Of a stretch of DNA of 64,000 nucleotides, positions 37,074-44,797 are shown piece after piece. The first letter of the stretch is position 1. Every line of letters begins with the position of its first letter. The DNA lies in assembly GCA_036399695.1 (NCBI GenBank), contig DASWMP010000322.1, forward strand, positions 8,997 to 72,996. The letters run 5' to 3'. The notes beneath the pieces are model-generated. The model was not told where the DNA came from and ran no database searches. It saw nothing but the letters and a program-made list of their open reading frames with translations. The position numbers and the translations under genes are program-made. Origin of the DNA: Thermoanaerobaculia bacterium. Its GTDB lineage: Bacteria > Acidobacteriota > Thermoanaerobaculia > Gp7-AA8.

Positions 37074-39515
37074 CTATCGTTTCCTCGCGGCAATCCGCGG
37101 CGCCACGATCAACCCCACCACCGTCAGCACGAACACCCCCACCCCCACCCGCCACGACCAGGGCGCGTAGCGCACGCGCACTTCCGTCGTCCCGGGCGGC
37201 ACGGCGTAGCCGAGAAACGCGCCGTTCACGCGGATCATCGGGGCGGACTCGCCGTTGCGCGTGACCTGCCAGCCGGGCCACCAGGGGATCGAGCTCACGA
37301 TGAGCGTCCAGCGTGGTGCGTTCACGCGCATCGTGTAATCGGCCGTGGAGAAACGCGTGAGCGCGAGGGTGGCGTTCGGGGACCCGGGCGGGCGAGGGAC
37401 GAAAAAGTCGGTGCGGATGGCGTCGTCCTCGACTTTCAGCTCGTCGACGAGCGCGGTCACGGCGTAATCGGTGTGCTTCGTCAGCTTCTCGATGAACTCC
37501 GCGTCGCGGAACTCCGGCACCACGTTCTGCGCCACGTAAAAGCGCGGCAGCACGTCGTGGTTCTGATAGATGCGGCCATCGCGGCCGTCGTAAACGAGGC
37601 GATAGCGATCGCGGTCGCTCGGCTCGTACTGCGGCGGCGTGATGACGTACTTCACGCCGAGGTAATCGAGCAGCCGCGTGTCGAGATTCGTCCACTTCGC
37701 GAAGTAGTCGGACGTGTCGTAGCCCGTCGCTACCCGCAGCACGCCGAGGTAACGGCCGTTGGCCATCGGATCGTGCGCGCGGACGTCTTCGAGGCCGTAG
37801 ATCGCCGAGACGTTCGGGAAGAAGATCGGACCGGTGCCGACGATGCGGAACGGCGCCCGCTCCTGTGCCTTCAGCTCGAGCAGCTTCGCGATCAGCGGCG
37901 TCTTCGGATACATCATCCGCTCTGGCAGCACCGGGTTCCACGAGCGCCCCACGGCCCACAACTCCGCGATCACGGCCACGAGCACGAACAGCACGGCGAA
38001 ATCGCGGGAGCGGCCGCGCAGCAGCGGCGCGAGTGCGGCCAGCGCCAGCACGACGATCGTCGGCAGCAGCGCCGCGACCGTCCCCTGCATCCAGGCCACC
38101 TTCTCGTAATCGACGTAGAAGAACATCCACGCTACCGAGATCGCGGCGCCGAGGATGCCGAGCAGGTAGGCGCGCGTATGGCCGCGCTGCAGCAGGTCGA
38201 TGAGCGCCGCGGCCATCACCGCCACCATCAGCGCGAACAGCCCGCGCATGCGCATGTTCGCGGCGAGCCGGAAGAAGAAATGGAACACGTCGCTGATGAC
38301 CGGCCAGACCATGATGATGCCGACCGAAATCAGCGTGATGAGCACGAACAGGGTCTCGCGCGAGCGCCAGCGCCGTGTGGCGACGATGTGCGCCACGAGC
38401 GCGAAGAAGCCGGCGATGCCGAGGTAGCCGGCGAAGCCGCTGATGGCCTCGGCGTGCGACGGTCCCCACGCCTGCTCGAACGGCACTTCCCCGAAAAAGT
38501 GCGGCTGCACCGTGGCGATGAACGACGGCCAGTCGGAGAACGGCGTCATGATCCCGGGCGGGTTCGCCTTCAGCTCGTGGTAGCGCTTCGACTTCGTCAC
38601 CGACTCGGCGAAGGGGATGAGAAACGGCGCCGCCAGCAGCGCCGCCACCGTCATGGCCCCGCCGAGCACCAGGACGTAGCGCAGCCCGTCGCGCCACGCC
38701 GGAAACGGCCGCTCCACGAACAGCAGCCAGAGCAGGAACATCATCGCCAGGAAGAAGGTGTGCGAGACCGTCTCCGGATGCCCCCCGAACAGCATCGCCG
38801 CCCACAACGCCGCCGCGCCGGCGAACCGCGCGTACGTGACCCTCTCCGCCAGCAGATCCATGAGCCAGAGGACCCCGGGGATGAACGCCGCCACGGTCGC
38901 CAGCGGAAAGTGCAGCCAGACGACCAGGAATGTGCAGAATCCGTAACACATCCCGCCGATGACGCTGGCGATCTCCGAGTACCGCCTCCGGCAGAAGAGA
39001 AACGTAAGCGTCATGCCGATCAACAGCTTCCACGCGGCCTCGGCCGTCATGGCGTGCCCTAGATCGAGGGGGAGTGCGAGGATACGTAACGGCGACAAAG
39101 CGGAGCTCTGACCCGCTGCCAGGAGCGGATATCCTGCACCAGAAGCGGCGTTCCAGAGCGGCGCGGAGCCCGAAGACCAGCTCTCCCGAACCTGATGCGC
39201 CCACGGCACGAGCTGCAGCGCCAGGTCATTGAGCTGCGAGTTCTGCGTTTCCGGCGCATGCCGCGCCAGGTACGCCCAGGGCGGCAGCGTCTGCACGAAA
39301 TCGACCGGCAGATTGACCGCGTCCGTGACCATCGGCCGGAAGAGAAACAGCAGCACGAGCAGATAGAAAAAAGACGCAACCCGGCGCCGCAACTCCACGC
39401 CCCCGCGCCGCAGCAACCAGACGGCCGCTGCATAGACGAGCCCGACGTAGATCCAGGTGGGGTTCAACACAGGGGGCGCATGATACCCGGCAGCGTGGCG
39501 CAGCCGAACTGGCAT
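37074..39515 (-). CDS. YfhO-family polytopic membrane protein (glycosyltransferase-like), paralogue 1.
   Basis: 813 aa with many TM helices and a C-terminal periplasmic domain. Colinear with the gene at 40059..42308. Confidence 0.75.
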   Translation of the reverse strand: MPVRLRHAAGYHAPPVLNPTWIYVGLVYAAAVWLLRRGGVELRRRVASFFYLLVLLFLFRPMVTDAVNLPVDFVQTLPPWAYLARHAPETQNSQLNDLALQLVPWAHQVRESWSSGSAPLWNAASGAGYPLLAAGQSSALSPLRILALPLDLGHAMTAEAAWKLLIGMTLTFLFCRRRYSEIASVIGGMCYGFCTFLVVWLHFPLATVAAFIPGVLWLMDLLAERVTYARFAGAAALWAAMLFGGHPETVSHTFFLAMMFLLWLLFVERPFPAWRDGLRYVLVLGGAMTVAALLAAPFLIPFAESVTKSKRYHELKANPPGIMTPFSDWPSFIATVQPHFFGEVPFEQAWGPSHAEAISGFAGYLGIAGFFALVAHIVATRRWRSRETLFVLITLISVGIIMVWPVISDVFHFFFRLAANMRMRGLFALMVAVMAAALIDLLQRGHTRAYLLGILGAAISVAWMFFYVDYEKVAWMQGTVAALLPTIVVLALAALAPLLRGRSRDFAVLFVLVAVIAELWAVGRSWNPVLPERMMYPKTPLIAKLLELKAQERAPFRIVGTGPIFFPNVSAIYGLEDVRAHDPMANGRYLGVLRVATGYDTSDYFAKWTNLDTRLLDYLGVKYVITPPQYEPSDRDRYRLVYDGRDGRIYQNHDVLPRFYVAQNVVPEFRDAEFIEKLTKHTDYAVTALVDELKVEDDAIRTDFFVPRPPGSPNATLALTRFSTADYTMRVNAPRWTLIVSSIPWWPGWQVTRNGESAPMIRVNGAFLGYAVPPGTTEVRVRYAPWSWRVGVGVFVLTVVGLIVAPRIAARKR

Positions 39516-39547
39516 CGCGGCCGAAAAGCAACGATACTTTCAACAGG

Positions 39548-39760
39548 ATGAAAAGCCGCGTCGTCACCTCTTCGCCCGATGTCATGGGCGGGACCCCCGT
39601 CTTTGCCGGGACACGTGTACCAGTAGAGACCCTGCTCGATTACCTCGAGGGCGGCGATTCGATCGACGAGTTCCTTGAAGGCTTCCCCTCGGTCACGCGC
39701 GAGCAGGTGATCGCCTTTCTGGAGGAGACGAAAGCGCGCGTGCTCGCTGAAGTCGGATGA
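39548..39760 (+). CDS. DUF433 protein (putative antitoxin).
   Basis: MGGTPVFAGTRVPVETLLDYLEGGDSIDEFLEGFPSVTREQV matches the DUF433 core. The stop overlaps the ATG of the next gene (ATGA). Confidence 0.8.
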   Translation: MKSRVVTSSPDVMGGTPVFAGTRVPVETLLDYLEGGDSIDEFLEGFPSVTREQVIAFLEETKARVLAEVG

Positions 39761-40089
39761 GAATTCTGCTCGACGAGTGCGTCGACTGGCGGCTGCTCCG
39801 TGATCTAGCTGGCCATGAAGTGAGAACCGTTCGGCAGATGGGGTGGCTCTCATCGATGGATGGGGACCTGCTGCGCTCGGCCGAAGCCGAATTCGAAGCG
39901 CTGATCACGACCGACAAGAATCTGTCGTTTCAACAGAACGTCCTGAGCTTTGGTCTCGCCGTCGTCGTGCTGCAAGGCCGGACGTCGCGTCTCCAGCACC
40001 TTCGCGAGCTGGTTCCGCGGCTTCTCCAGGAACTGCCGAACGTACAAGCCGGAATGCTTCATACCGTCTCCTGGCGCGCCCTGAGTTGA
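39757..40089 (+). CDS. DUF5615 PIN-like protein (putative toxin).
   Basis: MRILLDECVDWRL... matches the DUF5615 N-terminus. It is coupled to the DUF433 gene. Confidence 0.75.
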   Translation: MRILLDECVDWRLLRDLAGHEVRTVRQMGWLSSMDGDLLRSAEAEFEALITTDKNLSFQQNVLSFGLAVVVLQGRTSRLQHLRELVPRLLQELPNVQAGMLHTVSWRALS

Positions 40090-42308
40090 GCGGCGACGGC
40101 GACAGCCGTTAGAAAGCCGATCAACACGCCGACCCGGAAGCTCCAGGGCGCGTAATCCACCACCACCTCCCGGCTCCCGGCCGGCACGTCGAAGCCCACG
40201 AACGCGCCGTCCACTTTCACCACGTCAAAGCCCTTCGCGCGCCAGCCGGGGTAGAAGGGGATGCTGCTGACGATACGCGCCGGTTTCGAGGCGTCGATGC
40301 GGAGGCGGTAGCGGGTGCCGCGCTTGGCGATGATGCGCACGTTCGCGTCATCGGAGAAGAACCGCGGTTTGGCGGTGGCGTTTTCGTAGATGCGGCCGTC
40401 GGGGCCGTCGTAGAGGAGGCGGTGTTTCGGCAGGTCGCGGGCCGGTTCGGTGAGGATCCAGCGGACGTTGAGGCGGTCGAGCGCGGGCGAATCGGGCTCA
40501 TTCCACTTGGCGAAGTACTCCTTCGTTTCGTACGACGAATGGGCGCGCAGCCAGGCGATGGCGGCGGCGCTGGCCATCGGGTCGTGCTGGCGGAGGTCGT
40601 CGACGCCGAAGAGGACGTGCGCGTTCGGGAACAGCACCGGCCCGAGGCCGACGACGCGATACGGGCCGGGAGCCTCGTCCACGAGCTTCTGCAGCGCGCC
40701 CGTCATGAGCGTGCCGGGATAAGCCTCGGACGCCGGGACGACGGGGTTCCAGTCGCGCATGGCGAACCAGAGCTCGAAGAGCATGGCCGCGATGAGAAAC
40801 ACCGGGAAGACGGTCTGCTTCTGATGTGGGACAGACACTCTTGTCTGTCCGCCGATCAAAGCCACGAGCAGCACGACGCCGCTCGGCACCAGCACGCGCA
40901 CATCCATCGGCGGCACCTGCAGCACGACGAACGCCCCGACCGCCGCCGCGAACAGCACACCGACGCCGCTGCCCAAGCGGCTCCGGTAATGCAGCAGGGC
41001 GGCGATCTGCATCGCCCCGAAGAAGCAGAACAGCAGCCGCAGGCGCGGGTTCATGATGGCGCCGACGATGCCGGCATACGGCGGCTCTCCCGGCGCCGAG
41101 CCGTTGAGAAACGCGAACGTGACGGCCATGGCCACGACGAAGAACAGCTCCACGGAACGCCAGGCCCGGCGGCGGATGACGTCCACGAGCACCCCGGCCC
41201 AGGCGGCGATGGCCAGCACGCCGGCGAAGCCGCCGAGCGTCTCCGCCGGCATCCCCAGCCCTCGCCCGAAGTAGCGCGGATGAAGCATCGGCGCGAGCGA
41301 GCGGAGATCGGAGTACGGCATGCCGAGGTACGCGTGCCCCTGCAACTCGGCGAAGCGATGCGAGCGTGTGGCGGCTTCGTAGAAAGGGAGCAGCAGCGGC
41401 GCCGCGAGCAGCGCCGCGCCGATCATTGCGAGGAGGATCGACGCAACGAACCGCCCGCGCTGAAGATCAGGAACCGTGATGATCAGCCACAGCGCGTACG
41501 CGCCCGCGCCGAGTGCGATGAGCGTGAGGCTTTCCGGGTGACCGCCAAAGGCGATCAGCGCGCCGAGGATGGCGCTCAGGGCGATGGCCTTGCGGCGGGA
41601 GCCGCCCCCCGCCACCGAATCGACTGCCAGCAGCACCACCGGCAGCCAGCACACCGTGCTGGCAATGGCGAAGTGCAGCCACACGACCACGAACGAGCAG
41701 AACCCGAACGCCACCGCGCCGGCCACGCTCGGCAGCTCCCCGTACCCGCGGCGACGGCAGAACAGATACATCCCCGTCAACGCCACGAGCAGCTTCATCG
41801 CGGCTTCGGCGGCGATGGACGGCCCGAGGGGCAGCGGCAGCGCGAGCAGCCGGAACGGCGAGAGCGCGGCACTCTGCGCGTTCGCCAACAGCGGATACCC
41901 GAGCCCGGCGCGCTCGTTCCAGAGCGGCACGTCCAGCGCGCGCCACGACTCCCGCACCTGATGCGCCCACGGCACCGTCTGCATCGGCAGATCGTGGATC
42001 TCGAAGTTCGAAACCCCGAACTTATCCAGCGCCCCATACGCCGACCAGGGCGGCAGCAGCCGGATCACGTCCACCGGATAGTTGACGACGTTCGCCACCA
42101 GCGGACGCCAGAGGAACGCCAGCACCAGCAGGTAGAAGAGGGCGGCGATGCGCCAGGGAACGAGAGGACGTTGTTCGTTGTCCGTTGTCCGTTGTCCGTG
42201 CTCCGCTGCACGATGGTCACGGCGGAGCGCAGCGCGGACAACGGAAAACGAACAACGGGCAACGACGATCCCGTACACCACGAGCACCAGCAGCCACGCG
42301 AGGTTCAT
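40059..42308 (-). CDS. YfhO-family polytopic membrane protein, paralogue 2, carrying two in-frame repeat insertions.
   Basis: Colinear with the gene at 37074..39515. Start taken at MNLAW (42308), which overlaps the tyrA stop (ATGA). The Arg-rich upstream part of the long ORF was ignored. Confidence 0.75.
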   Translation of the reverse strand: MNLAWLLVLVVYGIVVARCSFSVVRAALRRDHRAAEHGQRTTDNEQRPLVPWRIAALFYLLVLAFLWRPLVANVVNYPVDVIRLLPPWSAYGALDKFGVSNFEIHDLPMQTVPWAHQVRESWRALDVPLWNERAGLGYPLLANAQSAALSPFRLLALPLPLGPSIAAEAAMKLLVALTGMYLFCRRRGYGELPSVAGAVAFGFCSFVVVWLHFAIASTVCWLPVVLLAVDSVAGGGSRRKAIALSAILGALIAFGGHPESLTLIALGAGAYALWLIITVPDLQRGRFVASILLAMIGAALLAAPLLLPFYEAATRSHRFAELQGHAYLGMPYSDLRSLAPMLHPRYFGRGLGMPAETLGGFAGVLAIAAWAGVLVDVIRRRAWRSVELFFVVAMAVTFAFLNGSAPGEPPYAGIVGAIMNPRLRLLFCFFGAMQIAALLHYRSRLGSGVGVLFAAAVGAFVVLQVPPMDVRVLVPSGVVLLVALIGGQTRVSVPHQKQTVFPVFLIAAMLFELWFAMRDWNPVVPASEAYPGTLMTGALQKLVDEAPGPYRVVGLGPVLFPNAHVLFGVDDLRQHDPMASAAAIAWLRAHSSYETKEYFAKWNEPDSPALDRLNVRWILTEPARDLPKHRLLYDGPDGRIYENATAKPRFFSDDANVRIIAKRGTRYRLRIDASKPARIVSSIPFYPGWRAKGFDVVKVDGAFVGFDVPAGSREVVVDYAPWSFRVGVLIGFLTAVAVAAQLRARQETV
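40824..40849. repeat. R1 26-bp unit inside the YfhO paralogue 2 coding sequence, in-frame.
   Basis: atgtgggacagacactcttgtctgtc is translated as GQTRVSVPH, a segment absent from paralogue 1. Confidence 0.8.
42165..42262. repeat. R4 palindromic element (CGTTGTCCGTTG arms) inside the N-terminal coding region of YfhO paralogue 2.
   Basis: cgttgttcgttgtccgttgtccgttgtccg ... cggacaacggaaaacgaacaacgggcaacg. The same motif forms the outer arms of the R3 copy at 50921. Confidence 0.75.
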
Positions 42309-43141
42309 AGGGCGTCGTAGAGTTTGCGGGCCTGGTCGTAGGCGGCGACGTCGCCGTCGATGATGGCGCGGACGAGCTTGGCCAGTTCTTCCGCGTGCCG
42401 CGCGAGTTGCTCGCGGTTCGCGGCGACGATCGGGGCCCAGACGCTGCCGTCGCTGCCGGCCAGGCGGAGGAACGTGCGCAGGCCGCTGCCGGCGAACCGG
42501 AGCTGGTCCTCGTCGAGGTAAGCGGCGAGGGCGGTGGAGAGGATCTGCGGCAGATGGCTCGTCAGGGCGACGCCGGCGTCGTGCTCGCGCGCGTCGACGC
42601 GGTCGCGGATCGCGCCGCACGCGTCGATCATCGAGTCGACGAGCGGGTCGTCGGCGTCGACGAACCAGCGGTGGTTCTCGAACAGATCTGCGCGCGCCGC
42701 CGCGAGGCCGCGCTCCTGCGAGCCGGCCATCGGGTGACCGGCGATGAAGCGTGTGGTGGCGGCGTCGCGCAGCGGGGCCATGACGCTGCACACGGAGGTC
42801 ACGGTGGCGGGGGTGCGCAGGGTGCGCAGGATGCGCACCGCGATATCCACCGGGGTGGCCAGGATGATCAGATCCGGTGGGGGACCGGGGGAGACGATGG
42901 GACCAATGGGACCAATAGGACCGATGGGACTAATGCCTTCGGGTGGGCTCCCATTGGTCCCATCTGTCCCATAGGTCCCATCGTCCCTTGTGGACCACCG
43001 CTCATCCGCCGCCTCCGCCCCCCGCGCGGCCTCCGGGCTCACCTGCGGGTCCACGAACGCCACCCGCCAGCCGCTTGCGCGGAGGCGGATGCCGATCGAG
43101 CCGCCGATCAGGCCGAGGCCGGCGATGAGGACGCGGGGCAT
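42305..43141 (-). CDS. tyrA: Prephenate/arogenate dehydrogenase with an in-frame repeat-encoded insert.
   Basis: Rossmann start VLIAGLGLIGGS, the TyrA core, and a 33-aa GT/GPIGPIGPI insert encoded by the R6 repeat. Confidence 0.85.
   Translation of the reverse strand: MPRVLIAGLGLIGGSIGIRLRASGWRVAFVDPQVSPEAARGAEAADERWSTRDDGTYGTDGTNGSPPEGISPIGPIGPIGPIVSPGPPPDLIILATPVDIAVRILRTLRTPATVTSVCSVMAPLRDAATTRFIAGHPMAGSQERGLAAARADLFENHRWFVDADDPLVDSMIDACGAIRDRVDAREHDAGVALTSHLPQILSTALAAYLDEDQLRFAGSGLRTFLRLAGSDGSVWAPIVAANREQLARHAEELAKLVRAIIDGDVAAYDQARKLYDAL
42896..42988. repeat. R6 9-mer palindromic element lying in-frame inside tyrA.
   Basis: gatgggaccaatgggaccaataggaccgatgggac...cccattggtcccatctgtcccataggtccc. 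Confidence 0.8.
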
Positions 43142-43145
43142 GGCA

Positions 43146-43685
43146 TCAGCGCGTCATCAGCACGAGCGTGCGATCCACCACCTGGGACGTCGTCACGTCA
43201 AAATACGGACGCTGGATCGTCACGCGGGGGCGGTTCGGGCGTGGGGTGATGTCGGCGGCGCGGTAGCTGCCGACGGCTTTCGTCACGTCCGTATTCAGGC
43301 CGAGCTGCTTTGTGATCGGCTCGATGGCCTTCACGTCGCCGGCGAGGTCGCCCGTGCGGTAGTAGGCCGGCGGCTTCGCGGCGCTCAGGTTGTTCGTGGC
43401 GTCCGGGGCCACGCCGCTGTACCCATAGGATTTGGCGTAGAACTGCGCCACTTCCTCGACCGAGGCTTCAGTGTCGTAGATGGCGGTCGGAGGCGGCTCC
43501 TGGTTCGGGGCCATCGTCTTATGTGCGTTCTTCGTCGCCTCGGTCAACTGGCCGAGGTAGCGCGCGCCGGGGTAGACCACGAAGCTGAAGGCTTCGGGCT
43601 CCGCGTACTCCTCTTCCTTGTTGCAGGCAGCCAGCGCGGCGAGCACGAGCAGCGCGGCCAGAATGACTCTCAATTTCGTACGCAT
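43146..43685 (-). CDS. Hypothetical lipoprotein.
   Basis: Signal peptide plus lipobox (LAALAAC). Start taken at MRTKLRV (43685). Confidence 0.6.
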   Translation of the reverse strand: MRTKLRVILAALLVLAALAACNKEEEYAEPEAFSFVVYPGARYLGQLTEATKNAHKTMAPNQEPPPTAIYDTEASVEEVAQFYAKSYGYSGVAPDATNNLSAAKPPAYYRTGDLAGDVKAIEPITKQLGLNTDVTKAVGSYRAADITPRPNRPRVTIQRPYFDVTTSQVVDRTLVLMTR

Positions 43686-43712
43686 GAATGGGTTTCTCTC
43701 TATGGGCAGTTC

Positions 43713-43788
43713 AGTTGGCGGTTGGCAGTTGGCGGTGGCCTTGACGATGGTTGACTCCCGCCAACTGCCAACCGCCAACTGCCAACAG
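43713..43788. repeat. R2 palindromic element.
   Basis: cagttggcggttggcagttggcgg ... ccgccaactgccaaccgccaactgccaac. Confidence 0.85.
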
Positions 43789-43803
43789 CCTTTGCGGCGC
43801 GGA

Positions 43804-44136
43804 TTATACGGAGCGGGGGCCATTCCCGTTGATGTAGTCGACGACGCTGCTGCCCGTGACCTCGGAAAAACGCTCCGTATACGACCGGATAGCCCCGGCC
43901 GCCTCGTCGAGGAAAATCCGCTCGACCCTGAACAGCGGCACGAACATCGTCACGAGATCGATGCTCGGCTCGTCTCCCCGCGCAATCTGCCGCAGCCAGT
44001 CATCGAACGAATCGAGATTGATGGCCCGCATCGTCACCCCCGCCGGCGAAAGTGAGCTCAGCAACCCGAAGAACTTCTCCTTCGGATTGACGAGGTTGAC
44101 GATGACGGGAGCGTTTTTCTCGAAGCCTTCGATCAT
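43804..44136 (-). CDS. Hypothetical protein, 110 aa.
   Basis: GC3 bias and no recognisable domain. Confidence 0.45.
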   Translation of the reverse strand: MIEGFEKNAPVIVNLVNPKEKFFGLLSSLSPAGVTMRAINLDSFDDWLRQIARGDEPSIDLVTMFVPLFRVERIFLDEAAGAIRSYTERFSEVTGSSVVDYINGNGPRSV

Positions 44137-44148
44137 TTGCGTGGGTGC

Positions 44149-44272
44149 AGTTAACCCTGAGCGAAGCGAAGGGTCAATGGAGCCTCAGCGACGGCGCAGA
44201 CCATCGACGCATTGCGTGGCAGAGGCCGTCGCTGAGGCTCCATTGATCCTTCGCTTCGCTCAGGATTAAACC
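44149..44272. repeat. R8 palindromic element (CCTGAGCGAAGCGAAGGGTCAATGGAGCCTCAGCGAC arms).
   Basis: Its right end, caggattaaac, supplies the TAA stop codon of the epimerase gene. Confidence 0.85.
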
Positions 44273-44664
44273 TTTTCGCTCAATTCAATCAGCACGCCGT
44301 TCCCCGCCGCGGGGTGCAGGAACGCGACGCGGCAGCCGTGGGCCCCGGGGACGGGGGTCTCGTTGATGAGGCGGTAGCCCTCGGCTTTCAGGCGCGCGAG
44401 ATGGGCTTCGATGTCATCGACGCGGAAGCAGAGGTGGTGGATGCCTTCGCCCCGCTTCTCGATGTACTTCGCGATCGGGGAATCGGGGCTGGTGGGCTCG
44501 AGGAGCTCGAGGTTGGAGTCGCCGACGGAGAGAAAGGCCGTCTTCACGCCCTGCGTCTCCACGGTCTCGACGTGCTCGATCTCCAGGCCGAGGGACTGGT
44601 AGATCTTCGCCACGTCGAGGGAGCGGACGGCGATGCCGATGTGGTCGAGGGTGGGTTTCTGCAT
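44266..44664 (-). CDS. Methylmalonyl-CoA epimerase (VOC/glyoxalase family).
   Basis: LDHIGIAV...GEGIHHLCF...GCRVAFLHP. The gene is flanked on both sides by R8 elements. Start taken at MQKPTLDH. Confidence 0.85.
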   Translation of the reverse strand: MQKPTLDHIGIAVRSLDVAKIYQSLGLEIEHVETVETQGVKTAFLSVGDSNLELLEPTSPDSPIAKYIEKRGEGIHHLCFRVDDIEAHLARLKAEGYRLINETPVPGAHGCRVAFLHPAAGNGVLIELSEKV

Positions 44665-44670
44665 GATTTT

Positions 44671-44797
44671 CAACCCTGAGCGAAGCGAAGGGTCAATGGA
44701 GCCTCAGCGAGGTGGTCAACCACCGGCGCATTGCATGGCGAGGGTCGTAGCTGAGGCTCCATTGATCCTTCGTCGCTTCGCTCCTCAGGATTAACTC
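44671..44797. repeat. R8 palindromic element.
   Basis: Its right end supplies the TAA stop of deoA. Confidence 0.85.

Noticed and set aside
36076-39204. 1042-aa minus-strand and 696-aa plus-strand ORFs (36972..39062) over the YfhO paralogue 1 region.
   Set aside because: Extremely Arg/Gly/Asp-rich low-complexity translations in alternate frames of a real membrane-protein gene. These are GC-driven open frames.
40422-42320. 632-aa + ORF antisense to YfhO paralogue 2.
   Set aside because: Same reasoning: a His/Arg/Glu-rich low-complexity shadow ORF.
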